A stretch of 64,000 nucleotides of DNA, taken from an uncultured delta proteobacterium. Its GTDB lineage: Bacteria; Myxococcota_A; Polyangia; Fen-1088. Shown here in pieces: positions 1 to 10,487 of the stretch. Under the pieces are notes generated by a model that saw nothing but the letters and a program-made list of their open reading frames with translations, did not search any database and was not told the origin of the DNA. The DNA is taken from contig CAVYGB010000008.1 of assembly GCA_963767925.1 (NCBI GenBank), positions 2,880,001 to 2,944,000 on the forward strand, given 5' to 3'. Position 1 is the first letter of the stretch. Each line of letters opens with the position of its first letter. Position numbers and translations under genes: made by a program.

Positions 1-490
1 GCTGTTCGTCAACGGCCGCTCGGCCGGCCGGAAGAAGCGGGTCAGCGCCGACTTCCCGGCCGCCGGCCTGCGCTGGCTGGTCCGCCTGCGCGACGGCCAG
101 AACGAGCTGCGGGCGGTCGGCCAGCAGGGCGGCGTCGAGGTGACCGACAAGATCGCCCTCACCTACCAGACCGCCCGCTGGGACAAGCCCGCGCGCCTCG
201 TGCTCGAGGCCGGCAAGACCGAGGACGACCTGGTGACCTTGCAGGTGCGCTGCCTGGACCGCAAGGGCGTGCTCTGCCTGGACGCCCGCAACCCGGTGCG
301 CTTCGGGCTGACCGGCGACGGCCGCCTGCTCGACAACCTGGGGACCTCGATGGGGGCCCGCCAGGTCGAGCTCTACAACGGCCGGGCTTTCATCTCGGCC
401 CGGCTCGCGGGGGGCGTCTCGGTGGTGAGCGTGTCGTCGAAAAACCTGCCCACCGCCCTGCTCACGCTGGGTCCGCGTCGGCGGGCCTGA
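1..490 (+). CDS. Glycoside hydrolase family 2 (beta-galactosidase-like), C-terminal part, truncated by the window edge
   Basis: Open frame from base 2: LFVNGRSAGRKKR..DFPAAGLRW..G.NELRAVG...VRFGLTGDGRLLDNLGT..GARQVELYNGRA, which resembles the C-terminal Ig-like domains of GH2 enzymes. Confidence 0.75.
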   Translation, partial: LFVNGRSAGRKKRVSADFPAAGLRWLVRLRDGQNELRAVGQQGGVEVTDKIALTYQTARWDKPARLVLEAGKTEDDLVTLQVRCLDRKGVLCLDARNPVRFGLTGDGRLLDNLGTSMGARQVELYNGRAFISARLAGGVSVVSVSSKNLPTALLTLGPRRRA

Positions 491-1673
491 GCCCCCGCTT
501 CGGGAAGAACCGGCGCCAGGCCAGGGCGAAGCCCGTCCAGACCAGCAAGGTGGCGCCAAGCGAGACCAGCCCGGCGGCGAGCTGGCCGGGCCAGCCCAGC
601 GCCTCGCCGGTGTGGAGGAACCGCAGCCACAAGCGCACCTTCCGGTCCTTCTTCTGATCGCCGTAGCCCTCCCGGCGCAGCACCTTGGCGGTGAAGGGAT
701 CGAGCGAGACGGTCAGGCTCGAGAACAGCGGCCAGACATCGGTCGGCTTGACCGAGAAGACGAGCGCCTGCGGCTTGCGCGCAGCCGGAGGTCCTCCCCC
801 CCTGGCGCCGCCGCCTGGCGGCGCTGCCGCGGGCATCCGGTAGGTGATGGTCTTGTAGCTCGGCACCTCGACCGCCGCCGCCGCGAACAGCCGATCGATC
901 GGCAGCGGGCGCGCGCCTGGAGGCGGGGGTGGCACCGGCACCGGCGCGGCGGCCCCCGGGCCCCGCACCGTGGGGATGGGGTCGCCGGTGACCCGGGAGA
1001 TGAGGTTCGAGAACCAGGCGTACGAGATCATCATCCCCGAGGCGGTGACGACGATGATCACCGGCAGGGACCAGAAGCCGGTCACGTTGTGCCAGTTGAA
1101 GTCGCGCGCCCGCCCCGAGATCCCCGGCCGGAACCAGAGCGACAGGCGCAGGGCCCGCCCGGTCCAGCGGCGCGGCCACCAGAGGTAGAGCCCCGACAGC
1201 GCCAGGGACAGGAAGGCCGCGTTGCAGGCGCCGGTGATGGCCCGGCCGATGGCCCGCTTTTCCCCGGAGAAGCCCAGGGCCCGGTGCCAGTCGATCACGA
1301 CCTGGAAGAAGGTGCGCCAGCCCGACCCCTCGAAGGCCCGGGCCTGCCCGGTGTAGGGGTTGACGTGAAACCCGTCGCGCCGGCCGGTGACGACCCGGAC
1401 CGCCGAGGTCGGGTCGGCGTGGACCACCACCGCGACCGGCGGCGCCGCGGGCGTCGCCTTCCGGACGACGTCGAGCAGCTCGTCCATCGGGCGCCGGGGC
1501 GTCCCCGGCGGGGGGGCCTCGATGCGCTGGGTGCCGCGATCGATCCACTCCATGATCTGCGGCTCGAAGGCCATCACCGCCCCGGTGCCGCCCATGACGG
1601 CGACGACGAGCCCGGCGCCCAGGCCGGTACCGAGGTGGATCCAGAAGATGATCGTGCGCAACCTGTGCTTCAT
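462..1673 (-). CDS. PepSY-associated TM helix protein (PiuB-like, iron-regulated membrane protein)
   Basis: FWIHLGTGL..GGTGA.MAF, VNPYTG, DWHR.L, SGLYLWWP, WHNVTGFW and LRFLHTGE..G motifs. Confidence 0.9.
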   Translation of the reverse strand: MKHRLRTIIFWIHLGTGLGAGLVVAVMGGTGAVMAFEPQIMEWIDRGTQRIEAPPPGTPRRPMDELLDVVRKATPAAPPVAVVVHADPTSAVRVVTGRRDGFHVNPYTGQARAFEGSGWRTFFQVVIDWHRALGFSGEKRAIGRAITGACNAAFLSLALSGLYLWWPRRWTGRALRLSLWFRPGISGRARDFNWHNVTGFWSLPVIIVVTASGMMISYAWFSNLISRVTGDPIPTVRGPGAAAPVPVPPPPPGARPLPIDRLFAAAAVEVPSYKTITYRMPAAAPPGGGARGGGPPAARKPQALVFSVKPTDVWPLFSSLTVSLDPFTAKVLRREGYGDQKKDRKVRLWLRFLHTGEALGWPGQLAAGLVSLGATLLVWTGFALAWRRFFPKRGLRPADADPA

Positions 1674-1679
1674 GGTCGG

Positions 1680-2384
1680 TCACCGCAACGAGAACTGAAA
1701 CGGGACCTCGATGACCACCCGCACCGGCCGTCCCACATGGCCGATGGCAGGGGAAAAACGCCACTTCCCGATGGCCGCGATGGCGGCCGCGTCCAGCGCG
1801 GGCACCGAGCGGACCACCACGGTCCGATCCGGCTCCAGCCGCCCGTCCATCCCGACCACCACCCGCAGCAAGACCAGGCCGACGATCCGGTCGTAGCGGG
1901 CTGCCCGGGGATACTCCGGGACCACCTGCTCGAGGACCGAAGGGGGGCGCGCCACCTCGCGCAGCTCGTGGATGGCGTCGCCGCTGACGCCGGTGAACCC
2001 GGCCGGCGCCGGCGGTCCCGCCGGGTCGATCTCGGTCTCGCCGGGTGGCTCCTCCGGCTCCTCGGGCTCGGGTGGGGGCGGCGGCTCGGGCGGCGGCTGC
2101 TGTACGATCGCGAGCGGCTGCACCACCGGTCGGGGCCGCGGGCGGGGCCGCGCGGGCGGAGGCGCCGCCGCGGGTGGGCGGACTGGTCGCGGCGGAGCGA
2201 AGCGGAGGAGCACCGGCTCGGCCGGAGGCTCCGGCTGCGGCTCGGCCGCGGGGCGGGCGAAGATCAGCCCCAGCACCACGCCGGCGTGGGCCGCCAGGGA
2301 GGCCACCAGACCCAGGCGCCGCCGGCCGCGACTCCGCTTGCGCGCGCCGGCCTCCGCCAGCAAGGCGCGGCCGAAGTCGCTCAC
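1680..2384 (-). CDS. tonB: Energy transducer TonB
   Basis: N-terminal TM with SxxxH (SLAAH), Pro-rich linker, C-terminal PEYP..A...G.V.LRVVV..DG..LDAAA..A..KWRFSPA. Confidence 0.9.
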   Translation of the reverse strand: MSDFGRALLAEAGARKRSRGRRRLGLVASLAAHAGVVLGLIFARPAAEPQPEPPAEPVLLRFAPPRPVRPPAAAPPPARPRPRPRPVVQPLAIVQQPPPEPPPPPEPEEPEEPPGETEIDPAGPPAPAGFTGVSGDAIHELREVARPPSVLEQVVPEYPRAARYDRIVGLVLLRVVVGMDGRLEPDRTVVVRSVPALDAAAIAAIGKWRFSPAIGHVGRPVRVVIEVPFQFSLR

Positions 2385-3061
2385 GGCTCGGACCAGCGCC
2401 GCAGGAGGTTGTGGTACACGCCGGTCAGGACCACCAGGGCCGGGCTCTCGGCCTGCGTCTTGTTGAGCTCGACGATGGCCATGTCGAGATCGAAGAGCAG
2501 GGCCCGCTGGCCCGTGTCCCGCACCAGGCTCTGCACCCAGAAGAACGAGGCCAGCCGCTCGCCGCCGGTCACCGGGGTGACGTGGTGGAGACTGGAGGCC
2601 GGGTAGACGATGAGATCGCCCGCCGGCAGCTTGACGCTGTGGCTGCCGTAGGTGTCCTCCACCACCAGCTCGCCCCCTTCGTAGCTGTCGGGATCGGAGA
2701 GGAACAGCGTCGCCGAGACGTCGGTGCGCAGCCGCTCGGCGCTGCCCGGGATCGGGCGGATGGCGTTGTCGACGTGCGAGCCGAAGCTCATGTCGGGGGC
2801 ATAGCGGTTGAACAGCGGGGGAAACACCCGCTGCGGCAACACCGAGGACAGGAACAGGGGGTTGCGCTCGAGCGCCGCAAGCACCGCGTCCCCCAGCTTG
2901 CGCGCCACCGGGCTCCCCTCGCGGACCTGGCGGTTCTGCTTTACCCGCCCGGACTGGTGGCCGGCCGTCTCCCGGCCGTCCACCCAGTCCGCCCCCGCGA
3001 GGGCCGCGCGGAAGCGCGCCACCTCCTCCGCGCCGAACACCTCGGGGACCTGGACCATCAT
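2381..3061 (-). CDS. piuC: Fe2+/2-oxoglutarate-dependent dioxygenase (PiuC/YbiX, PKHD-type hydroxylase)
   Basis: [65 protein letters not shown]. Confidence 0.93.
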   Translation of the reverse strand: MMVQVPEVFGAEEVARFRAALAGADWVDGRETAGHQSGRVKQNRQVREGSPVARKLGDAVLAALERNPLFLSSVLPQRVFPPLFNRYAPDMSFGSHVDNAIRPIPGSAERLRTDVSATLFLSDPDSYEGGELVVEDTYGSHSVKLPAGDLIVYPASSLHHVTPVTGGERLASFFWVQSLVRDTGQRALLFDLDMAIVELNKTQAESPALVVLTGVYHNLLRRWSEP

Positions 3062-3104
3062 CGGCGCGAAAGGTTCTCAGGATGGCTCCCCGAGCAACGT
3101 TTGC

Positions 3105-5456
3105 TCAGAGCCGGACGCGGGCGGTCATCAGCACCACCCGTCCCTCGGCGGGCACCGCCTGGCTGCCCGAAGATTGCTCGTAGTAGAGCGCGTCGGTCAG
3201 GTTGGACAGGTTGACCTGCAGGTCGAGGTGGGGGAAGGCGTAGCTCACGAAGGCGTCGAGCCGCACGAAGTCCGGCACCTTGTTGAGCGGCAGCATCTCG
3301 GAGGCCGGGTTGTTGACCACCGTCTCGGCCTGGTAGGCCGCACCGGCGCCCACCACCAGGTTCGACAGCATCCCGAAGGTGCTCCAGAACGACAGGCTGT
3401 GGGCGGGGGTGTTGGGCAGGCGCTGGCCGACCAGGTACGGGCTTGTGTGCCGGCGGATGCGGGACTGCAGATAGGTGTAAGAGCCGATGAGCTTGAGCCG
3501 CTCGATCGGGCTGCCGGTGGCCCCGACGTTGACCCCCTGCACGCGCTGCCGTCCGAACAGGATCTGGGGCGGGCCGTTCATCGGGTCGAGGCCCGGCACC
3601 CGGGCGTTGGTCTTGGCGATGCGGAAGACCGAGCCGCCCAGCCCGAGCCGTTCACCCAGCAGGTCGGCCTTGGCCCCCAGCTCGTAGATCACGTTCTTCT
3701 CGGGCTCGAGGCTGACCGTGGCGTCCGACAGGGTCCCCGCCTCGGCCGAGGGGTTGGTCGAGGTCCCCACCATGGCGTACAGGCTGGTCTTCTCCAGGGG
3801 GTGGCCCACCACGCCGCCCCGCCAGTTGACGAGCAGGTCGCGGTTCTCGAGCTCGCTCTCGCCCATCGGGTTGATGAGCGAATAGCTGGTCACGAACGAC
3901 TCCAGCCGGACCGAGCCCAGCACCTCGAGGAACTTCGTGATCTGGACCTGGTCGGAGGCGTAGATCGCCCCCGCGAGCTGGGTGCCCCGGCTCCAGCTGC
4001 TGAACAGCCGCTCGAGCGAGGAGGTGTCGGGGGCGTGGTCCGGGTTGCGCAGATCGGCCGAGAGGTTGGTGGCGGTGCCCATCGCCCCCATCACCGAGAG
4101 GTTGTAGCGCTGCTGCGTCCGCTTCTCCCAGGACAGCTCCATCCCCAGGTTGGCCACGTGTTTGAGGAAGGCGGTGACCCCCTCGAGCCGCAGGTCGGTC
4201 TGGTTGACCACCCCTTCGTGGTCGGTCTCGCTCTCGAAGCGCTGGCGCCCGATGCTGGTCGGGTTGTCGAGCGGGGCGAGGTTGCGGGGCGCCGTCGGCA
4301 GGGCGAAGCGGTCGACCCGCCCCCAGCGGAGGGCGCTGGTGAGCTGGGCGTTCTTGCTGAAGACGTGCTGGACCCGGGCGCTGGCGACGTGGGCGTCGAC
4401 CTCCTCCTTGTCCGACCCGGCGACGCCGTAAAAGGCGCTGCGGGAGACCCCCATCGACGGGATCGACGACACGGGCGAGCCGTTGTGAAAGGGCTGGCCG
4501 TAGTCGGGGGTGGAGCGCTCGCGCTGGTAGAGGTAGTCCACCCCCAGCGTGGTGCGGCCGAACTCCAGTCTGAAGGAAGGGGCCAGGCCGGCCCGGTTCC
4601 GCTCGATACTGTCCCGGCCCTGCACGCCGCCGGCCTGCCCCATGGCGTTGACCCGCACCTGCACCTTGTCGAACAGGACGTGGTTGACGTCGGCCTCGAT
4701 GCGCCCCTGGGGCGCGGTCCCGGCGCTCAGGCTCACGTCGGCGAAGGTGCCCTTGCGGGGCGTCTTGGTCACCAGGTTGACCGCGCCGCCGGTCGAGCCG
4801 CGCCCGAACAGCACCGAGGAGGGGCCGAAGAACACCTCCACGCCCTCGAGGTTGAAGGTGTCGCGCGTGAACCAGCCGAGGTCGCGGCTGCCGTCGCGGA
4901 ACATGTCGGTCTGCCCGGAGAAGCCGCGCAGGATGAAGGTGTCACCCTGGCGCCCGCCTTCGCCGGCGCTGATGGTGATGCCCGAGACGTTGCGGAGGGC
5001 GTCGCGGACCGTGGTGGCCCGCTGCTCCTCGAGCACCTTCTCCGGCACCACCGTGATCTGCTGGGGCGTGTCCCGCAGGGGAGTGGCCAGGCGTGGCACC
5101 CGGCTCTGCTCGGTGCGGTAGCCCTCGGCCTCGCCCTCCACCTGCACGGTGGGGAGCACCAGGGGGGGCGCCTGATCGGACGCGGTGGTGGGGCCTTCGC
5201 CGGGCGGCGCGGGGGTCGGCGCGGCGGCCGAGGCCAGAGACGAGGGGGCCGCCGGGCTGCTGGCTACCGGCTGCTCGGGCGGGGCGGCGGCGGGTGGATC
5301 CTGGGCGGCCCGGGCGACGGCGCTGCCGCCGGCGAGGGCGGACACCAGGCTCACGGCCCGGCCGAGCGGACCGAACGATTCGAGCAATGTCCCGCGGAGG
5401 CCGCTCTGGGCTCGAATACCGCTACGGTTCCGGATCGGCGTCTTCTTCGCTGCCAT
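3105..5456 (-). CDS. TonB-dependent siderophore receptor (Fiu/PiuA-like)
   Basis: Plug motif DTPQQITVV..LEEQ..TVRDALRNVSGIT..AGEGG, GPSSVLFGRGSTGGAVNLVTK; upstream of piuC. Confidence 0.9.
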   Translation of the reverse strand: MAAKKTPIRNRSGIRAQSGLRGTLLESFGPLGRAVSLVSALAGGSAVARAAQDPPAAAPPEQPVASSPAAPSSLASAAAPTPAPPGEGPTTASDQAPPLVLPTVQVEGEAEGYRTEQSRVPRLATPLRDTPQQITVVPEKVLEEQRATTVRDALRNVSGITISAGEGGRQGDTFILRGFSGQTDMFRDGSRDLGWFTRDTFNLEGVEVFFGPSSVLFGRGSTGGAVNLVTKTPRKGTFADVSLSAGTAPQGRIEADVNHVLFDKVQVRVNAMGQAGGVQGRDSIERNRAGLAPSFRLEFGRTTLGVDYLYQRERSTPDYGQPFHNGSPVSSIPSMGVSRSAFYGVAGSDKEEVDAHVASARVQHVFSKNAQLTSALRWGRVDRFALPTAPRNLAPLDNPTSIGRQRFESETDHEGVVNQTDLRLEGVTAFLKHVANLGMELSWEKRTQQRYNLSVMGAMGTATNLSADLRNPDHAPDTSSLERLFSSWSRGTQLAGAIYASDQVQITKFLEVLGSVRLESFVTSYSLINPMGESELENRDLLVNWRGGVVGHPLEKTSLYAMVGTSTNPSAEAGTLSDATVSLEPEKNVIYELGAKADLLGERLGLGGSVFRIAKTNARVPGLDPMNGPPQILFGRQRVQGVNVGATGSPIERLKLIGSYTYLQSRIRRHTSPYLVGQRLPNTPAHSLSFWSTFGMLSNLVVGAGAAYQAETVVNNPASEMLPLNKVPDFVRLDAFVSYAFPHLDLQVNLSNLTDALYYEQSSGSQAVPAEGRVVLMTARVRL

Positions 5457-5482
5457 GGGTCGGTTCTCCTGGGTGGCGGGTA

Positions 5483-5572
5483 AACCTGAAATTGATTTTC
5501 AGGTTCATCACAGCCTTCAATACACGCCGGCCCGGAGGCCTGTCAATAGATCCGAAATTGATTATTGTTATC
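5483..5572 (-). promoter_or_regulatory. Promoter region with two Fur-box-like sites upstream of the siderophore receptor
   Basis: AT-rich island. Perfect 9-5-9 inverted repeat AACCTGAAA-ttgat-TTTCAGGTT at 5483-5505. GAAATTGATTATTGTTATC at 5554-5572 matches 14/19 of GATAATGATAATCATTATC. TTGACA on the minus strand at 5541-5546. Confidence 0.75.
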
Positions 5573-5629
5573 AACATCGTGGCGGATCGGCCCTCCGACC
5601 CGCCGCCGCCTCCCGCCGGGAGAGCCCGC

Positions 5630-7819
5630 TCAGAACGAGGACTTCACCCCCGCCTGCAGCCAGCGGGGGGCGATCGGGCGGGCGCCGAAGGGACGGCGGG
5701 AGGCGATGTCCTGGGCGTTGGTCAGGTTGCGCAGGTGCAGGTAGGCCTGGGTGCTCCCGTAGACCTGGGCCCGCACGCCGGCCTCGATGACCAGGGCCGC
5801 ATCGGTGGAGAAGTCCGGGTCGAAGGCCCCCTGCCCGGCCTCCTCGCGCATCTGGCTGGTGTAGCTGATGCCGGCGGAGAAGCCGACGCGGCCGGTCTCG
5901 ACGGCGGCGGACACGGCACCCTGGTGCTGCGGGACGTAGGGCAGCTGGTCGCCGGCCTGCACGCTGCCGAGCTGCGGGTCCTCGGAGACGAACGACGAGG
6001 CCAGGCGCGTGCGGGTGAAGCCGTAAGCGAGCGTCACCGGGACGTTGATGCCGGGCCGGGGCTGCCAGGCGGTCTGTCCGAACAGCTCGACGCCCCAGAT
6101 CGTGGCTCGCCCCGCGTTGAACTGGCGATCGACGAGCTCCTCGGCGCAGCCGCTGGCCTGGGTGCAGACGCTGATCAGGTTGCGGTAGTCGTTGAAAAAG
6201 CCGATGGCCTCGGCCCGCAGGCGCCGGTTGCCGAAGCGGGCCCCCGCCTCGTAGTTCCAGCTCGTCTCGGGCCGGGCGCCGTCCACCAGCGAGGGGGCCG
6301 CCGGGGAGAACCCCCGGTAGGCGCCGGCCAGCAGGCCCACCGTGGGCGTCAGCTCGTAGAAAGCGCCCGCGCCCGGGATCAGGACGCCCTGGCGGGTCGA
6401 GTTGGCCGGCAGCTCCTGGCGGCGGTCGAGCAGCCGCATGCGGATCAGCTCGAAGCGCAGTCCGGGCGTCAGGGTGAGCTTGCGCCAGGTGACGGCGTCG
6501 ATCGCGTGCAGGGCCATGGCCGTGCTCGCGCCCCGGCCGTTGGCGGTGATGAGGGTGTCCCCCGGCCCCCGCACGAGGGTCCCGCCCTGGGCGAGGAAGG
6601 GATCCTCGCTGTGCCGCCGCTCGATGGAGTCGAAGTGCAGGCGCGCGCCGATCTCCACCCGCTGGGTTACCGCGCCGCCGAAGCGCAGCCGACCCACCGT
6701 GGCCAGCCCCTCCGAAACGAAGGTGCGGTGGTTGGGCCCGATCCAGATGGCCTCGTCGGGCTGGGCGTCGGGGGCCAGGGTCAACACCCCGTACAGCACC
6801 TGGTTGCGGGCGCTGGTCGGGTCGCGCAGCACGTCCCCGATGGCGGCCGAACCCAGGCGGCTGACCTTGCGCCAGGTGCGGTCGAAGTCGTGGCGGTAGG
6901 CCACCGTCTCGAGGCTGCGGCCGCTGCCGAAGTCGAGCACGTGGCGCAGGGTCCCCTGGGTGCGCAGCCAGGTCATGCGGTCCAGCCGGCTGGCGCCGTA
7001 GCGCCGCCGGGGATTGGCCCGCAGGTCGGCGTCGGAGAGCCCCAGGTAGGTCTCGTTGGATTCCTCGGTCGAGAGCCCCAGCTTGAGCTCGAGGGCGTTG
7101 TGCATGGCCGCCCCCGGCACCGGGACCCAGCGCCCCTTGACCATCACCTCGTTGCGGGCAAAGCCCGTGTCGCCGCCCCCGTCGAGCTCCTTGAACCCGT
7201 CGCTGCGCAGGTGCACCCCCTCGACCAGGACCCCGAAGTGGCGGTTGCTCCAGCCCAGGTGGCCGTGGGCCTTGCCGTAGCCGTATTGCCCGGCGCCCAG
7301 GTCGATGGCCCCCGAGAGGCGCTCCGGGATCCGCCGCGTCACCAGCTCCACCGCGCCGCCGACGGTCTGGGGCCCGAACATGACCGCCCCCGGGCCCTTG
7401 ATCACCCGCACCGAATCCATGCGGGTCATCAGCGGGAAGTAGTAAGCCGCCGGCGCCGAATAGGGCGCCGGCCCGAACAGGACGCCGTCCTCGAGCAGCG
7501 TCACCTTCTTGCTCCGGTCGGGATTGCCCCCCCGGATCCCGATGTTGGGCCGCAGCCCCACCCCGTCCTCGCCGCGGGAGTAGACCCCCGGCACCTGCCT
7601 GAGCACCTGCTCGCTGTTGTCGTGGTCGAACCGCTCGAGCTCCTCGCTCTTGACCACGTGGGCCGACCCGGCGGTCTGCTTCTCCCGGGTGCCGACAACG
7701 GTGAGCTCCTCGATCCGGGCGGGCGGCTCGTCGGCCTGGGCCCGGGCCAGCGAGGGATGAAACACGGCCGCCACGACGGCGGCCACCAGCGATTTTTCGA
7801 TCAAGGTCCTGGACGACAC
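5630..7819 (-). CDS. TonB-dependent receptor, FecA-like
   Basis: QVPGVYSRGEDGVGLRPNIGIRG..PDRSKKVTLLEDGV..GPAPYSAPAAYYFP, KGPGAV.FGPQTVGG, C-terminal Phe. Confidence 0.92.
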   Translation of the reverse strand: MSSRTLIEKSLVAAVVAAVFHPSLARAQADEPPARIEELTVVGTREKQTAGSAHVVKSEELERFDHDNSEQVLRQVPGVYSRGEDGVGLRPNIGIRGGNPDRSKKVTLLEDGVLFGPAPYSAPAAYYFPLMTRMDSVRVIKGPGAVMFGPQTVGGAVELVTRRIPERLSGAIDLGAGQYGYGKAHGHLGWSNRHFGVLVEGVHLRSDGFKELDGGGDTGFARNEVMVKGRWVPVPGAAMHNALELKLGLSTEESNETYLGLSDADLRANPRRRYGASRLDRMTWLRTQGTLRHVLDFGSGRSLETVAYRHDFDRTWRKVSRLGSAAIGDVLRDPTSARNQVLYGVLTLAPDAQPDEAIWIGPNHRTFVSEGLATVGRLRFGGAVTQRVEIGARLHFDSIERRHSEDPFLAQGGTLVRGPGDTLITANGRGASTAMALHAIDAVTWRKLTLTPGLRFELIRMRLLDRRQELPANSTRQGVLIPGAGAFYELTPTVGLLAGAYRGFSPAAPSLVDGARPETSWNYEAGARFGNRRLRAEAIGFFNDYRNLISVCTQASGCAEELVDRQFNAGRATIWGVELFGQTAWQPRPGINVPVTLAYGFTRTRLASSFVSEDPQLGSVQAGDQLPYVPQHQGAVSAAVETGRVGFSAGISYTSQMREEAGQGAFDPDFSTDAALVIEAGVRAQVYGSTQAYLHLRNLTNAQDIASRRPFGARPIAPRWLQAGVKSSF

Positions 7820-7850
7820 GGGGATGCCTCGCTTTTAGCCCATTGGGCGG

Positions 7851-9239
7851 TCATTGCACGGCGACGAGCCGGCGGGGACGGTGGGAGGGCGCGCCGAGGA
7901 TCCAGGGCTTGGCCGAGAGGCCCTCCCCCACGCGCCGCAAGTCCACCCGGGGATCGATGAGCAGCTCGGCGCGCCGCCCGTTGAGGGCCACGTGGGCCTC
8001 CGCCCGCACCTCCACCCGGCCGTGACCCTGGCGGTCGTAGTCCGCCCCGATCCGCTGCGCGAGCTGCCAGATCAGATCGGGCTGGGTGGCCATGTCCCGC
8101 TCCTGGTAGGCGCGCAGGTACTGGCCGGGGCTCACCTCCCAGACCCGCCCGCTGGCGGGCGCCCGCACGTGGTAGGTCACGCTGGCGTTCTTCTCGCGCA
8201 CCATCACCCGCCAGGAGAAGCGCATCCCCTGCTCGTGCCACAGGACGTTGCCCCCGTAGGCCAGGTAGCGAAAGGGCAGGACCACCTGCACGGCGGCGAG
8301 GACCGCCAGCCCGGCCAGCGCCACCCGGGGACCGGGAAACATCGCGGCGGGCGCGGCCGGCGCCACGGCGGGGGCCGCGGGTGCCAGCAACCCGAGCCGG
8401 GCCAGCAGGCGGCGGGGCCAGTCCGGCGCGAAGAACACGGTCGCCGCCACGATCATGATGAAGGGGAACATTCCGATCGGGAAGAACAGCGCCGTCAGGC
8501 CGTGGAACACCACCACCACCGCGAAGGCCACCACCCGGGTGCACCGCCAGGCCAGGAAGATCGCGATCGTGCTGTCGAACAGGAAGCCCCCCCAGCTCGC
8601 CAGGTGGGGGGCCAGAGGGTGGGCGAGCAGCGGTCCGATGACCGGCAGGTCGGTCAGCGAGGTGAGCCAGAGCCCGAGCGGCTGCGCCTCGATCAGCCAG
8701 TCCCGCTGCAGCTTGGCCAGCCCCGCGCAGGTGTAGACCAGCGCCACCTGCAGGCGCAGGGCCTGGATCGCCAGGGCGGGCACCGTGTCCCGGGCGATCC
8801 CCGGCCGCAGCCGGGCGTCGAGGGAGAAGGTGGCGCTGGCCGGCAGGAAGGTGAGCAGCAGCGCCAGCAGGCTGACCAGGTAGTAGTGGTTGAGGTAGAG
8901 GGTGACGTCGATGAGCTGCAGGTAGGTGAAGAGGACGAAGTAGAGCGCGATGGCCACCCGGTAAAACAGGCCCACCGTGATCAGCAGCGCCAGCAGGGCC
9001 AGCAGGGCGAAGTGCAAGTACATCCCCCAGGCCGGCCAGGCCTTCACCCAGGTGAACCCCCAGTACTTGAAGTGGAAGGTGGGGGCGACGAAGAAGGTTT
9101 CGATCCAGCCGTACCAGAAGAAGCGCAGGGTCGAGATCAGCGCCAGCAGGCCGAAGCAGACGCGAAAGGCCGCCAGGCCGGCGGCGTCGACCGGCGCCCG
9201 GAGGGCGGCTGCGCGGCTGTCGGCGCGGGCGGCGGGCAT
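7851..9239 (-). CDS. HTTM domain / vitamin K-dependent gamma-carboxylase-like membrane protein
   Basis: LAAFRVCFG, FHFKYWGF.WV, YLNHYYL, AGLAKL..DWL, FH..T..FFPIGMFP, W.EQGMRFSWRVMVREK, LNGR...LIDP.VDL; ATG overlaps the upstream stop (TGATG). Confidence 0.9.
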   Translation of the reverse strand: MPAARADSRAAALRAPVDAAGLAAFRVCFGLLALISTLRFFWYGWIETFFVAPTFHFKYWGFTWVKAWPAWGMYLHFALLALLALLITVGLFYRVAIALYFVLFTYLQLIDVTLYLNHYYLVSLLALLLTFLPASATFSLDARLRPGIARDTVPALAIQALRLQVALVYTCAGLAKLQRDWLIEAQPLGLWLTSLTDLPVIGPLLAHPLAPHLASWGGFLFDSTIAIFLAWRCTRVVAFAVVVVFHGLTALFFPIGMFPFIMIVAATVFFAPDWPRRLLARLGLLAPAAPAVAPAAPAAMFPGPRVALAGLAVLAAVQVVLPFRYLAYGGNVLWHEQGMRFSWRVMVREKNASVTYHVRAPASGRVWEVSPGQYLRAYQERDMATQPDLIWQLAQRIGADYDRQGHGRVEVRAEAHVALNGRRAELLIDPRVDLRRVGEGLSAKPWILGAPSHRPRRLVAVQ

Positions 9240-10474
9240 CAGTCCTGATCGCTCTGCACGCCCTCGGGGAGCTCGAGGTTGAGGACGCTGACGAACTCGG
9301 TCTTCATGAGGGTCACGAGCTGCCGCAGCTCCTCGTAGACCGCCATCACCGCCGGCCGGTTGCTCACCAGGGCGTCCTTGAAGTCCCCCCCGGGGATGGC
9401 GGCCAGCGCGGCCCGGAGGGGCGCCAGGCGCTCGCGCATGCGGGTGGCGAGATCGCCCGCCCCCGAGGCCGAGAGCAGGTCGTCGAAGCCGAGGTCCCCG
9501 CCCGAGGGACAGCCGAAGGCCAGCTTCTCGAAGCCGTCGACGTTGCGCGCGAGGTGATCCTTGGAGCGCAGGGCGAAGCGGGACTCGAGCTGATCGAGGC
9601 AGGGCGGCGTCGCGCACTCGCGCAGGCCGAGGGGGCGCCCCAGCTTGACGTCTTTGCCCGGGTTCTCGATGTAAAACAGGGCGTGGCTCATGGCATTGAG
9701 CGCCTGCTGGGTCGAGGTGAACACCATGCTGCCCGCGCCGGCGCTCTTTACCTCGGCGAGGAAGTTGCGCCTGGCCGGGTCCCAGGCGTCGACCAGATCG
9801 CGACCCCGCTTTGCGATGTCGGCGGCCACCACCGCGGCGTAGGCCCGCTTGCGCAGCGCCAGGTCGTCGGCGGTGAGGGCCGCCCAGGCCCCGGTCGTGT
9901 TGAGGGTGGCGGAGGGCAGGCAGTGGTTGGCGCTGCCCTCGTAAAACAGGAGGTATTCCAGGGCCCCCAGCCCGCGCACGTTGACCAGGCTGCGGGTGGC
10001 GAAGTCGCCCTCCTTGAACCGCTGGCTCACGATCTCCTGTTCGACGAAACAGGGCGCGACGAAGGGCCAGGCGTACATGTTGTCGCGGATGTCCTCGGCG
10101 CCCGGTGAGGTGGTGCGGGCCGCCAGGGGACCGTACTGGAACATCTCCGCCTCCTCCCAGGCGGCCATCGCCGCCACCCAGGCCGCGCGGGCCGCCGTCC
10201 AGCGCTCGGCCGCTCCGTCGGCGGCCAGCATGGCGGTGGCCTCGACGAGCCCGTCGGCCGCCGGCAAGAAGGCCCGATAGACCTCGAGGGTGCAGGTGCC
10301 CAGCCCGGACAGCACCGCGCTGCGGGTCATGCCGGGCGAGGTGCCGCCGTCGCCGCTCTCGGCGTCGACCGACGCGTCGGCGGGCCCCGCCTCGCTGCCG
10401 CCCCCGCAGTTTCCAGCCAGGCCGGCCCCGGCCGTGATGGCAAAACAGACGAGCAGAGAACCGAGTCTTGGCAT
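9239..10474 (-). CDS. Imelysin family lipoprotein
   Basis: Lipobox-like AGNC, ARAAW..AM.AWE.AEMFQYGP, VRGLGALEYLLF, K.GRPLG, ES.FA..S, C-terminal SDQD; GGAGG RBS before the ATG at 10474. Confidence 0.85.
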   Translation of the reverse strand: MPRLGSLLVCFAITAGAGLAGNCGGGSEAGPADASVDAESGDGGTSPGMTRSAVLSGLGTCTLEVYRAFLPAADGLVEATAMLAADGAAERWTAARAAWVAAMAAWEEAEMFQYGPLAARTTSPGAEDIRDNMYAWPFVAPCFVEQEIVSQRFKEGDFATRSLVNVRGLGALEYLLFYEGSANHCLPSATLNTTGAWAALTADDLALRKRAYAAVVAADIAKRGRDLVDAWDPARRNFLAEVKSAGAGSMVFTSTQQALNAMSHALFYIENPGKDVKLGRPLGLRECATPPCLDQLESRFALRSKDHLARNVDGFEKLAFGCPSGGDLGFDDLLSASGAGDLATRMRERLAPLRAALAAIPGGDFKDALVSNRPAVMAVYEELRQLVTLMKTEFVSVLNLELPEGVQSDQD

Positions 10475-10487
10475 CGCGGAGCCTCCC